Positions 12,763-25,759 of a DNA stretch of 64,000 nt are shown here, piece after piece; the stretch's first letter is position 1; each line of letters begins with the position of its first letter. This stretch comes from Octopus bimaculoides (Eukaryota). The notes below the pieces were generated by a model. It searched no databases and was not told the origin of the DNA. It was given only the letters and a program-made list of their open reading frames with translations. The stretch lies in the NCBI RefSeq assembly GCF_001194135.2, contig NC_068997.1:2072340-2136339 (forward strand). The letters are read 5' to 3'. Both the position numbers and the translations under genes were made by a program.

Positions 12763-13658
12763 CACAAGGTCTGCTCAATAAGTATCCGGACTGTTGCCAT
12801 ATTAACGAAGCTAAAGCTCGCAGGGTGAAGCCACTTGACAAAATTGGCCTTGAACTCGTCTGTGCATGCGCACTTAGTTTTAACGTTCTAGCTCACTTCC
12901 GCTCTTTACAGCAGAACTTCGTAGGAAGGTGTGTAACGTGTGATCGCCGCATTGTCCATGACAGAGAAAATTGTCATGGCGATACCTGCTCAGAGGCCTA
13001 CACAATGTTTCAGAAAGTGTATGGAGAGGAGTGTACTAGTCACACTCAAGTGTACGAGTGTTTCAGATGTTTCCAAGATGGCCGAAAAAATGTCGATACT
13101 GACGAACGTTCTGGAAGACCCGCAACCAGCACAACTGAGAAAAACATCGCAGATGTGCATGTAGCTGTGAGGGGAAATTGTCGAATCATCATTCGTAAGT
13201 TATAAAAGGATGTGCAGATTAGCTACGGTTCAGTTCAGTCCATTATCACTGAAGATTTTGGTATGAGATGCATGTCTGCCAAGTTTGTGCCAAAACTGTT
13301 TTCAGCTGACCAAGAAGACACTCGGGTTTCAGTTGCACAAGATCTCTTTGATTGTGTTGAGAACGATGAAAACTTTTTGAAACCTTTACGTGGGCCTCTG
13401 AGCAGGTATCCCCAAACTTTTGGCGAAATCTGATGCCGATTCTCTGTTCGACTTTCTCTGTCATGCCCAATGCGACGATCACACGCTACACGCCTTCCTT
13501 GCAAGCACTGCTGTAAACAGCAGAAGTGAGCTCGAACTTCAAAAAATAGTGCAAATGCACAGCAGAGTTCAAGGTCAATCTTCACCAATCGGCTTCACCC
13601 TGCGTGATTTAGCTTCGTTACTATGAAACATCTCGATACTTATTGATCAGATCACGTA
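12763..13658. mobile_element. Non-autonomous mariner-derived double-5'-end element (copy 2, opposite orientation)
   Basis: Termini cacaaggtctgctcaataagtatc.. and ..gatacttattgatcagatcacgta. The long arm encodes ..DERSGRPATST..SAKFVPKL..DENFLK; the short inverted arm joins at the same junction as copy 1. Confidence 0.88.
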
Positions 13659-13700
13659 TATAGTATGAATACGCGCGCGCACGCACGTACGCGCACGCGC

Positions 13701-13736
<36 letters not shown>

Positions 13737-14929
13737 CAGAAGAGCGTAGGGTCAAAACATCAAAAACTTCCATTTTTCCTGCGTGTCAAATTCATACATC
13801 TTGTTTGTTGTTTCCTCACGTATCTGTTGAACAACTTTGAACCATATATATACATATACAGTATAAATCATACAATACACATATACACATTTACATGCCT
13901 TATATACAACGCATACACAACACGACACATACATGTAACATCAGAGGACACACATCATTCACATCACGTACTTAAACCCATACACAACACCTATACCATA
14001 GAAAACACTTACACGCACAATGCATATCACGTAAACAAGTCAAAATATCATATATTTATGCAAATATCATGTACAAAACACGCATATACGTATAACATCA
14101 ACAACACCCACATGCATATACACACATGCACACACATACGCAATTGATATGGCAAATTTAGAGCAATGAAAAACAGGAAAACAGTGTCTGTTGAAGTATT
14201 GTGAACGGAAGGTGACACCGACAACAGCATCAATGTTTGCGTGTGTTGTACATGGCATAGGTATGTGCTGTGCATGGTGTTTATATGTGTCGTAAACGCT
14301 GTATATATGGGTTGTGTATGTGTTTTGTATGGTATAGGGGTTGTTGAAAATTCCGTGTCTTTAAACGTATCGTGAGAGGCCTGGTTGAAAGCCCAGCCTT
14401 CCGACTGCTTTTACATGTCATAGAAAACTGGAAGACCGCTGAAATAAGTGTGTGAATCTGAGAGGGAAACATGTTGCATTGTTGAATGAAATCATATTTA
14501 ACTGATCCTCCTGTATTTTCTTTTACTCAAAGCCTGGACCTTTTCAGTGCCTCCTCGTGTATGTATGTATGTATGTATGTATGTATGAACGTACGTACCT
14601 ACGTGCGTATGTATGTATGTATGTATGTACGTACGTACGTATGTATGTATGTATGTATGTATGTATGTATGTATGTGCGTTTGTGTGTGTGTGTGTGCGT
14701 GTGTGTGCGTGTGTGTGTGTGTGTGTGTGTGCTGTGTATGGTTTATGCATTGTGCTGCGTCTGGTGTATATACGTGTTGTGTATGTGTATATACATGTAT
14801 ATACATGTATGGTATGTGCTGTGTACGGTGTATGTATGTGTTGCATATAGTGTATTTATGATGTGTGCATACGTGGTGTAACGCTAACCACATGACATCA
14901 CAAAGTAAACTTTATAAACAATTTCTAAA

Positions 14930-15605
14930 GGCGACATTAGTCCCTGGTGCTGCGATATCGGTAAAGAACATCTCCTTCACAACACTTTACTCCCTTTTTA
15001 ACGATAACAAACGAAACTGAACCCTAAATCTATCACATAAGTAGAGAACATCCCCTTACAACACAAAGCTCCTTAACCAGGAAGAGAAACATTGGCTCCT
15101 CGTGCTATGGCAGAGGTAGAAAACATCCCCTTTTCAGCATAACTCTCTAATCAGCAATACAATGCAAACTGAGAAAGCTCCCTTTACGATATAAGTCCGC
15201 CATGAGCGATAACAGCCTAGACATGCCCCTTTACAACATACAACTCTTAAATCTGCGATAACAACTCAAACTGGACGCTAAATTTATAACAGAAATAGAG
15301 AGCATGCCCTTTACAACACATAGGTCTCTAATCAACAATTAAATAACCACTTTAAATCAAACACCTTCCTAATCAGCGATAATGACCCAAACTGTGCCCT
15401 GGAGCGATGACAGTTATAACGCACAACTTCTCAATTAGAAACCGAACACATTGGCCCCTGGAGTTACGACAGAGAGAGTGAACACCCACTTTAAAATAAC
15501 ACAATCAACGATAATGGCCCAAACTGGGCCCTGAAGCGATGACAGAGATAGGGAACGTTGGCTTTTGCAAAGAACAACTTCCTAATCAGCATCCGAACAC
15601 ATTGT
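14930..15605. repeat. Old degenerate minisatellite with composite ~40-80 bp units
   Basis: Recurrent motifs gagaacatcccctttacaacac, ctcctaatcagcgataa, caaactg.gccct.gagcgatgacag and gaacacattgg. Confidence 0.7.
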
Positions 15606-16545
15606 ACAATATAAAGCAGTTATATAAAATTTATTTCACTAAACAGAACATTCAATTAAACAGAAATAAATAAATTTTAGTTAATTTCTCTCTAACGCGC
15701 GTTTATAACTTATTACTTCGCATAATATGCTCGGTGAAGGTTAAAAACGATTAAGTCTTAAGAAAGTTTTCATTAGAATAATTTGAAAAGACGGTGAAAG
15801 AACACTATTAATCGTTCGTGAATTCTGCTGTGTAAAGAAATATTTGCGGACATTCTGTTAGAGAAAATATGTTTTAAAAATATTATGAAACTGTTAAAAA
15901 TCCAATGCGTGCAAGCAGAAAATATATTTGGACAAAACTTATTACACTGGCAGGAATTAACGGAAAGTTCTGAGAAAGAGAAGAAAAAAAAGAAAAAGAC
16001 TACATTATTCATCAGCTTAATTCTATAAAGTAATTACAGAAAAGAAAAGAAAATATAAAAAGGAAAACAGTTAAGAAATAAACGACTCTATGATCCGGAA
16101 GATATTCTGTAATTCACGCTAAAATAAATGTGAAAAAGAAACTGCAGTTTAAGAAAAATTCCAAGTTTCTATTTAAATATGCATGCAATTAAGTGAGAGC
16201 TTATCAATGTGCTCGCTTGTGGCTTCCCATACCTGTGTGAGTTGTATGAGTGTGCGTGTGTATATGTGTGAGCGTGTGTGTGTGTGTTTGAGTTTGTGTG
16301 TAAAATATGTGTGTGTACGTAAATACTCTTGTATGTATATGTATGCATTGCATATATATGTGTGTGCATGTATGTATGTATGTATGTATGTATGTTTAGG
16401 TATGCGGGTATGAGCGAGTATAATATATATGTATANNNNNNNNNNNNNNNNNNNNNNNNNNNNNNNNNNNNNNNNNNNNNNNNNNNNNNNNNNNNNNNNN
16501 NNNNNNNNNNNNNNNNNNNNNNNNNNNNNNNNNNNNNNNNNNNNN

Positions 16546-16579
<34 letters not shown>

Positions 16580-16838
16580 TATAATAATAATAGAGTGGCT
16601 AGCAAGCTTAACCAAAATAGGTAAAATATGTATAAAAATTAGGGTACATTTGGTATAGATAGATAGATAGACATATTTATGTACGCATATATACATGCAT
16701 ACATACATACATACATATATGTATATGTATGTATATTTACGTACATAAATATATCTATGTATCTATACTAAATGTACCCTAATCTTTACATATATTTTGC
16801 CTAATTTGGTTAAGCTTGCTGGCTAATTTATTATTATT
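16546..16838. repeat. Foldback inverted repeat centred on a microsatellite
   Basis: gctagcaagcttaaccaaaataggtaaaatatgtataaaaattagggtacatttggtatagat.. is inverted as ..atctatactaaatgtaccctaatctttacatatattttgcctaatttggttaagcttgctggc. Flanked by (TAA)n and (TTA)n. Confidence 0.85.
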
Positions 16839-18080
16839 NNNNNNNNNNNNNNNNNNNNNNNNNNNNNNNNNNNNNNNNNNNNNNNNNNNNNNNNNNNNNN
16901 NNNNNNNNNNNNNNNNNNNNNNNNNNNNNNNNNNNNNNNNNNNNNNNNNNNNNNNNNNNNNNNNNNNNNNNNNNNNNNNNNNNNNNNNNNNNNNNNNNNN
17001 NNNNNNNNNNNNNNNNNNNNNNNNNNNNNNNNNNNNNNNNNNNNNNNNNNNNNNNNNNNNNNNNNNNNNNNNNNNNNNNNNNNNNNNNNNNNNNNNNNNN
17101 NNNNNNNNNNNNNNNNNNNNNNNNNNNNNNNNNNNNNNNNNNNNNNNNNNNNNNNNNNNNNNNNNNNNNNNNNNNNNNNNNNNNNNNNNNNNNNNNNNNN
17201 NNNNNNNNNNNNNNNNNNNNNNNNNNNNNNNNNNNNNNNNNNNNNNNNNNNNNNNNNNNNNNNNNNNNNNNNNNNNNNNNNNNNNNNNNNNNNNNNNNNN
17301 NNNNNNNNNNNNNNNNNNNNNNNNNNNNNNNNNNNNNNNNNNNNNNNNNNNNNNNNNNNNNNNNNNNNNNNNNNTTGAATTTAGGACGTTTATATTACCT
17401 ATGAGGTTTCTATATTTTTCAGCAAGAGTGTAGTTAGGTCTTCAAGGAGTGGTACAAACCTAGCAATATGTCTTTTATAATGTAAACAAAATTTCCATTC
17501 AAATGGCAATTACCGGACGATTTTCTGTTCGAGTCTAAGCGTCTGAACTCGTAGTGGAAACGCGACGTACGTCGCAAAGAGGCAGACGAATATTGGATAA
17601 ATTTCATAATTGAAAAATTTACTATATTTTGCACATACGAGTATATCACACTGTATATGGGCTCACGGGCACAATTGCGCCCGCGGGCAGAGGTTTCCCT
17701 ACCCCTGGACTATGAATTGTCCTACAATCCTTATTTGGACCGAAAACTCTGCACAGGCATTACTGACCTCAGCTCGGTATGCGGTCCCTTTTTTTCCTTA
17801 TATATATAATTTTTATATTTTTAGTATATATGTATCTGTATTTTTTAGTATATATTTATTTATTTTTAGTATATATTTATTTCCTATTTATTTGGAAGTC
17901 CTGCGGCGATGGGCAGGTGGCGAAGCATGCTGACCTGACGGGTTGGAAGCATGTAGTCAGCGACCTGCACGTAGGCGGCCCATGCTAGATATATTCTAAA
18001 ATAAGAGTTAAATTAATTCCAAAGCCGCTAAAGTACTATACTTAATGACTGACAAAGGGAGATAAGTCCCCAGCGTATAT

Positions 18081-18136
18081 AGCCGTATCGCGATTTCGAA
18101 TTTTGATGTAGACCACCTTAATTCTCATTTGCGGCT
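18081..18136 (-). ncRNA. Type I hammerhead motif HH-A (stem I intact, core mutated)
   Basis: Reverse complement reads agccg-CAAATGA-gaatt..aattc-GAA-ATCGCGAT-A-cggct. Confidence 0.65.
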
Positions 18137-18575
18137 CATAACGCCTAGGGTTAAACTCCTAGGGTTAACTCCTTTTGTCAGTCTTATGAGAAAACCGTTG
18201 AAAGCATGTGATGATTTTCAAAATTGTAAAAGAGTAAACAACAAATTAAAATGGAGGCTTATTAGTAATTAGATCCCAAAGACAAAATTAATAGAAGTCA
18301 CTGACAAAGGGACTTACCTCCTTTTGTCAGTCATTATGTATCGTGCTTTGGTGGCTTTGGAGTTAATTTAACTTTTGTTTTCGCATAAGCGGTGCTAGAT
18401 AGCACCCTCCGTCAATTTTGCAACCTCTGTTTATTTGCCTTTAGATTCTAATTGCTAATAAGCCACACTTTTAATTTATTGTTTACACTTTTACAATTTT
18501 GAAAATCAGCAAATACTTTCAACGGTTTTCCTTATAAGACTGACAAAAGAAGCTGAGTTTAACCCTAGGCGTTAA

Positions 18576-18632
18576 GAGGCACTGATGAGAATTAAGGTAG
18601 TCTACATCAAAATTCGAAATCGCGATACGACT
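18576..18632 (+). ncRNA. Type I minimal hammerhead motif HH-A (core intact, stem I degraded)
   Basis: CTGATGA 18582-18588; stem II gaatt/aattc; GAA 18616-18618; palindromic ATCGCGAT 18619-18626; H17=A. Confidence 0.75.
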
Positions 18633-18774
18633 ATATACACTGAGGACCTACTTCCCTTTGACAGTGATTAATTATAGTGCTTTAGTAGCTTTGGAGTTAA
18701 TTTAACGCTTATTTTAGCATAAGCGGTGCTAGTCAGCACCTTCCATCACTTTTGTGACCTCTATCAATTTTGCC

Positions 18775-18826
<52 letters not shown>

Positions 18827-19894
18827 NNNNNNNNNNNNNNNNNNNNNNNNNNNNNNNNNNNNNNNNNNNNNNNNNNNNNNNNNNNNNNNNNNNNNNNNNN
18901 NNNNNNNNNNNNNNNNNNNNNNNNNNNNNNNNNNNNNNNNNNNNNNNNNNNNNNNNNNNNNNNNNNNNNNNNNNNNNNNNNNNNNNNNNNNNNNNNNNNN
19001 NNNNNNNNNNNNNNNNNNNNNNNNNNNNNNNNNNNNNNNNNNNNNNNNNNNNNNNNNNNNNNNNNNNNNNNNNNNNNNNNNNNNNNNNNNNNNNNNNNNN
19101 NNNNNNNNNNNNNNNNNNNNNNNNNNNNNNNNNNNNNNNNNNNNNNNNNNNNNNNNNNNNNNNNNNNNNNNNNNNNNNNNNNNNNNNNNNNNNNNNNNNN
19201 NNNNNNNNNNNNNNNNNNNNNNNNNNNNNNNNNNNNNNNNNNNNNNNNNNNNNNNNNNNNNNNNNNNNNNNNNNNNNNNNNNNNNNNNNNNNNNNNNNNN
19301 NNNNNNNNNNNNNNNNNNNNNNNNNNNNNNNNNNNNNNNNNNNNNNNNNNNNNNNNNNNNNNNNNNNNNNNNNNNNNNNNNNNNNNNNNNNNNNNNNNNN
19401 NNNNNNNNNNNNNNNNNNNNNNNNNNNNNNNNNNNNNNNNNNNNNNNNNNNNNNNNNNNNNNNNNNNNNNNNNNNNNNNNNNNNNNNNNNNNNNNNNNNN
19501 NNNNNNNNNNNNNNNNNNNNNNNNNNNNNNNNNNNNNNNNNNNNNNNNNNNNNNNNNNNNNNNNNNNNNNNNNNNNNNNNNNNNNNNNNNNNNNNNNNNN
19601 NNNNNNNNNNNNNNNNNNNNNNNNNNNNNNNNNNNNNNNNNNNNNNNNNNNNNNNNNNNNNNNNNNNNNNNNNNNNNNNNNNNNNNNNNNNNNNNNNNNN
19701 NNATATATATATGGCCGCAGTCAAATGACTGAAACAAGTAAAAGAATATATATATATATATATACATACATACATATATATATGTTTATTTCTCTATACG
19801 TTTGCCTATTAGTATCGCAGTCCACCTCCTCCCAACCTCTGTTTCACTCTCTTTGTCTGTCTGAACTGTCTATCTGTCTCTCTCTTTCTCGGTC

Positions 19895-19941
<47 letters not shown>

Positions 19942-19951
19942 NNNNNNNNNN

Positions 19952-19989
<38 letters not shown>

Positions 19990-20167
19990 CCCCTCTCTCT
20001 CATATTTCCATAATTTTTTAACAAGATTCTAAAATATTAACTTGAACCAATATTTCAAAATACTTCCAGAAAACTAATAAACTCATCTTATTTTAACTGT
20101 AATTACCATTCTCGAAAAACTTTCTATGGTTTTCGTTTTATATTTATGTATATGTATATATACACAC

Positions 20168-20203
<36 letters not shown>

Positions 20204-20417
20204 ACGTACACACACATATGTATGTTTGTATGTGCATGGGAAAACGAGGGACAGGCAGAGAGTGAAAGAAAAGCTCTGTGTATACGTCCATCTTACTCTC
20301 ATATTTTTATATGTACAACCATTGCCAATTCTCCGCTTCCACCACAGTGCTGGGTCTGTGTTTTAATATCCTGTCTTATTTATTTTAAGCCTTTCGTAAA
20401 AAGCTTTGCAATTTCGA

Positions 20418-20493
<76 letters not shown>

Positions 20494-21320
20494 CTTTATA
20501 TATGCTACTATATATTTCTTTTTGCCCCTGCCGTGTTCTTTCTCTGCCCAAATTCCTGGTACAGGCACCATATTGACTAATTTTAATCCAAACCAAACTT
20601 CTTGCATGCGAGATTAAATGACAGCCAGGAACAAATGTAATCTTGTATGCTATAATTTTCTACATATTATATTTCTATCACCATTGTCAGAGTGGATTGC
20701 CACAGTTTGATCTAATTAACAAATAAGATTCTCAGAACCAAATTTCCATCACATCGGATGAGCTTCCAGACCCATCAGTATTATTCCTCCGTATTAGTGA
20801 CTATCAAAAGATATAGATTCATGTTCCTTGTTGTGACAGAAATTCACTTTGCATGAAAGAGCAACTAATACCCCAATTGCTTTATATTGTCATTTGTCAA
20901 ATAGGACCCAAACAATTAAAGATGGTTCTCCCTCTAGAGTCACAGAGAATGGCAGCTTCAAAGCCTTGGTTTGACATTAAGAATACGACAACAGATAGAT
21001 GATCCCCTTCCTCTGATAGAGAGAGTTAATGTATAACATCGATTTACTGCAATTCCGTAAATCCATCGTATATGACTGTAAGTGATCAGGGAGTTTTATC
21101 TTGTGATATTAGCTCTGACGAAGCAAAACATCCTCAATGAAGTCATCCAATTTCAGAGTGCACTTCATATCCACTAGGAAACTGACGAACGGGTAAACTT
21201 TATGTGAAGAATTGTTACACAGCCAGCACAAAACTTGTGAGGACACATTACTTCAGCTATTTCTCTCGCTATGCCAGCATGATTCCTTTGCAAAAAAAAT
21301 ATTGGTCTACCGTTACTCAC

Positions 21321-21372
21321 CGTGACACTATATTTTCAAGATATCTGAATAGCAAACGTAAGTCTGTGTCAC
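21321..21372 (-). other. Candidate 52-nt exon
   Basis: (CT)n-ccctag acceptor and acg|gtgagt donor. Single open frame xDTDLRLLFRYLENIVSR; product unrecognised. Confidence 0.35.
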
Positions 21373-21374
21373 CT

Positions 21375-21413
<39 letters not shown>

Positions 21414-21465
21414 GAGAGAGACAGAGAGACAGAGAGAGAGACAGAGAGACAGAGAGAGAGAGAGT

Positions 21466-21503
<38 letters not shown>

Positions 21504-21997
21504 GGTTCTTTATATTTACATTTTAGCAGAATGATGCCGTATGAGATACGACATAGTTTCTGCATCGCAAACAGCCGAGAGTCTTAGAGTTCCTTTTGTC
21601 ATGCTATTAAAGTGCTGTGAACGATTCAACTCTCCTTAGCCCTCACTAATTATTGAGACGACCTTACCGAAGATACCAAGCATCAAACTAAACAGATGCG
21701 TGAAAATAGGATACACGGCAGTCCGTATCATCAAGATTAAGTCTTCTTTCGATTCTTCAGAGTATAATTGGTGTACAAATTTTCCATTTCTACACAGTTC
21801 TTTGCATTTTTATTGAAATCTACACGGTATTTTGTGTTTTAGGGGTTGACTGAAATGAAGCTTAAGAATATAAATGGCTAAGAATTTTGAAGTTTGGTTG
21901 GTCACTTTCAACTTAACAACACTGAACTCAATAATCCAGCAATAGAAACTTTTAAAGTTTATCGTGTCAACATGCATTTCTTGCATGTTGACACAAT

Positions 21998-22171
21998 GAA
22001 TAAGCTGGTAAAATCGTCAGCACATTCGGAACTCAAATTTCCCTGAGGTCGACTTTGCCTTTCATCCTTTCGGGATCCGATAAAATAAGTATCAGTTGAA
22101 CACTCAGATTGTTGTAATCGACTTACCCACTCCCTTGAAATTGCTGGCTTTGTACCAAAATGTGAAACCAT
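21998..22171 (+). mobile_element. SINE family A with 12-bp flanking direct repeat
   Basis: gaggtcgactttgcctttcatcctttcggg..aaattgctggc body. tgttgacacaat occurs at 21986-21997 and 22172-22183. Confidence 0.75.
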
Positions 22172-23012
22172 TGTTGACACAATAATATCAAATGTCAATG
22201 ACAATGGACCTAAACTCACTGAAGACCAAAACTAGCCTCTTCAATAAACTTCGATAGGGTTTAGTAACTGGAAGCTGGCATTGGCTTCGTAGTTGCATAT
22301 GTTGGAATTGGTAAAGCGTTCTTGATCTATTTACTGCATTCCAAAGACTGTCAACATACAGACAGTGACAGCACGTGCTTCTTCAGACATTACTGCCGCA
22401 TTCCCAGCAGGATACCATGCAGCATACTCTACATTTCAAAATTCGATAATGGTCTACCGTCTGAGGGAGAACTTCCCTCACTTACTGCCACCGATCTCTG
22501 AAACCACGAAAATGATTGTGATGGCTGCCCTGTCACTTCTTGTTCTCGAATAAAAAATATAAGAAAAGTAAACAATCAAATAAATATCATCTGATGATAG
22601 TTTTAAAAACAGGAGAGATGGAAAATGTCAAATATCAAATCAAAAGGGAAACTACACATACACACATATATAAGAATATGTACATGTATATAGATACATA
22701 TATATAAATAAATAAATAAATATATATATATATATATATATANNNNNNNNNNNNNNNNNNNNNNNNNNNNNNNNNNNNNNNNNNNNNNNNNNNNNNNNNN
22801 NNNNNNNNNNNNNNNNNNNNNNNNNNNNNNNNNNNNNNNNNNNNNNNNNNNNNNNNNNNNNNNNNNNNNNNNNNNNNNNNNNNNNNNNNNNNNNNNNNNN
22901 NNNNNNNNNNNNNNNNNNNNNNNNNNNNNNNNNNNNNNNNNNNNNNNNNNNNNNNNNNNNNNNNNNNNNNNNNNNNNNNATATATATATATATATATATA
23001 TATAACAACACA

Positions 23013-23053
<41 letters not shown>

Positions 23054-23603
23054 ACACATATGAATACTATCAGTCGAATGACCTTGCTTAAATTCTGCAT
23101 TCCTCTCTCTCTCTCCCTTATATTTTCTTCTGTTTCCTTCTTTTAATACTTATTTCTCTCTGCGCTTACATCTTCCTCTCCTACTCTGCTTTCTTCACGT
23201 TCTGACTGAATCTTCCATGCGTTAACATGTACCTCCTTGCGGCAATGTAAACATTCATTTAATCAAGATATCCTCAGCCTGAAGAGTAGCCAGTGGTATA
23301 CACCTCGCTTGGATATTCTCCACATTCTGAGGTTCCGCTCACTATGAAACGTATGTAGCCAAGATCTTATTTACTTCATTCCGTGATTCTGGTATTCTTA
23401 TTCGCACACCCAGCAACCCTGGTCGCCTAACGTAAAATATAAAAACAACTTTTTTCAGTTTATCATACTTCGATACGAAAAAAATCCACAACTTTCCGTC
23501 TCAGTAAACCATTATCGTTCCTGAAAGTTTTTTTTTTAATATTTACTACGGATTACTTGAAGCTAACTTTCTTCCTACACCTCGATTCCTGGCTCTTACA
23601 TTC

Positions 23604-23701
<98 letters not shown>

Positions 23702-23933
23702 ATATTATTAATAAATTCATAAAATTATCAATAATATATATATTTCACTAGTGTAGCAATAATTGGGTACCCTCCCAGCAGTATACTGGATAGATACTAT
23801 CCCTTAGTGGGTTGTACCCCCAACCCCTAACTCTCTCACGTTATATTTATATATATATATTTATTTGCTCAAAATAATAGAGCACTTAATATAAGATCAG
23901 TTACATATTCTTTTAGAATATTCCTTATAAAAG

Positions 23934-23996
<63 letters not shown>

Positions 23997-24569
23997 TAAG
24001 ACAAGATATAAATAAAGGTCATTACAAATGTTTCCTTTATTAGAGTATATTTGGTTTACAGCTGTTTCCAGTAGTCATTATAGGTACATCATAGATAAGT
24101 TTACTCAATCGTTCTATAAAACAGTTGAGAAAAATTGAACCACCTATAGAAATTAATGCTACTTTCGTCAGAGCCATTTCTGGTTATAATGAAAGTAGTA
24201 TTAATTCATTTTAGGTCATTGAATCTTTTCTTAACTGATCAGTAGACGTGGTGAGCCAATCTATCAGTAACGTACCTATAATAACTACTGGAAACACCTG
24301 TAAACAAAATTTACTCTAATAAAAGAAAAATATGTAATGACCATTATTCATACCTTGTTTTACATATCACTCTATGTAAAAAAAAACAGCTTGACTGGAG
24401 CCCACTCACGGATTTACAATATAGAATTGCGATGAACCAAAACCTCAGACCTTGGCATAAGAATACTTTGAGTTCTTCACTAATCTAAACAATACTGTTA
24501 CCCTGGTGTGCCCACAGACATTACGAAATATTTTTGCCCGGATTGATGATCCTTCAGTATCAGCTCTGT

Positions 24570-24643
<74 letters not shown>

Positions 24644-24694
24644 CACACATACACACACACATATGTATATAATCACACATACACACACACATGC

Positions 24695-24728
<34 letters not shown>

Positions 24729-25436
24729 TTATAGTTTGTTTGCATAATTACAATCTGAGTGTATAATTATGAATTATTAAATATAATCTCCCTTCGTTCA
24801 AGGAACGTTTCCTGTTATGTAATACCATACTTGCATACGCCAGTGAAGGAAGCTATTAGAAATAGAAGTAAAATCCCTCAAATCACATAATAGTACCTTG
24901 TAAAAAGAGACAGTGGATAATTCTATCAGAGATACAATATTCCTGAAAAACAAAAGGTCGGAATGGTCACGCTTGGAATATTTTCATGACAAATGTGTCT
25001 ATTCTATCTATGCCATGTGACTTGGAGACGATTCAAAAGCCAGAAATATAGCTTTGCTTTTTAACAATTCCCACTTCTAATTTTCTTGGAAGCCTCAGAT
25101 GCCTAATTATGGTGAACAAGATTAATTTCCCAATTTCTGTTTCCTTAATTATACCGGTCATTAGAATGAGCTTACCTGGAAGATTATATTTAATCTCTGT
25201 GGTTTAGAGTTATCTATGAAAATACCGTTTGGCCCATTATGACCGTCTTGCTTTCGTTGTCGTTGTTGCTACCTTTGTTGTAAGGTTAAGACAAGTGAAA
25301 TATTTCAGGTGGAAAATTTTATAATTGTCCATACCAGCGGAAATACTGCTTAAACAAACACACACGCGCATACACACATATAAAATATGTACACCCAACA
25401 CATACACTCAACACATATCTATTTTTATATTTCTGA

Positions 25437-25534
<98 letters not shown>

Positions 25535-25535
25535 T

Positions 25536-25566
<31 letters not shown>

Positions 25567-25616
25567 NNNNNNNNNNNNNNNNNNNNNNNNNNNNNNNNNN
25601 NNNNNNNNNNNNNNNN

Positions 25617-25691
<75 letters not shown>

Positions 25692-25692
25692 T

Positions 25693-25725
<33 letters not shown>

Positions 25726-25759
25726 AAAACTCTGTGTGTGTGTGTGTGTGTGTATCTAT

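Larger units (their letters stand above)
17995..18778. mobile_element. Hammerhead-containing 334-bp repeat: inverted monomer plus ~1.4 tandem units (retrozyme/PLE-like, family HH-A)
   Basis: gcataagcggtgctag recurs at 18383 and 18717 (period 334). Segment 18008-18300 is the reverse complement of the unit. HHR motifs lie at 18576-18632 (+) and 18081-18136 (-). Confidence 0.8.

Noticed and set aside
14930-15605. CRISPR-like repeat-spacer interpretation of the degenerate array
   Set aside because: The repeats are highly degenerate, there are no constant-length unique spacers, the context is eukaryotic, and no cas genes are present.
22270-22420. Minus frame EYAAWYPAGNAAVMSEEARAV.. vaguely RUN-domain-like
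   Set aside because: Similarity is too weak and the frame ends in a stop.
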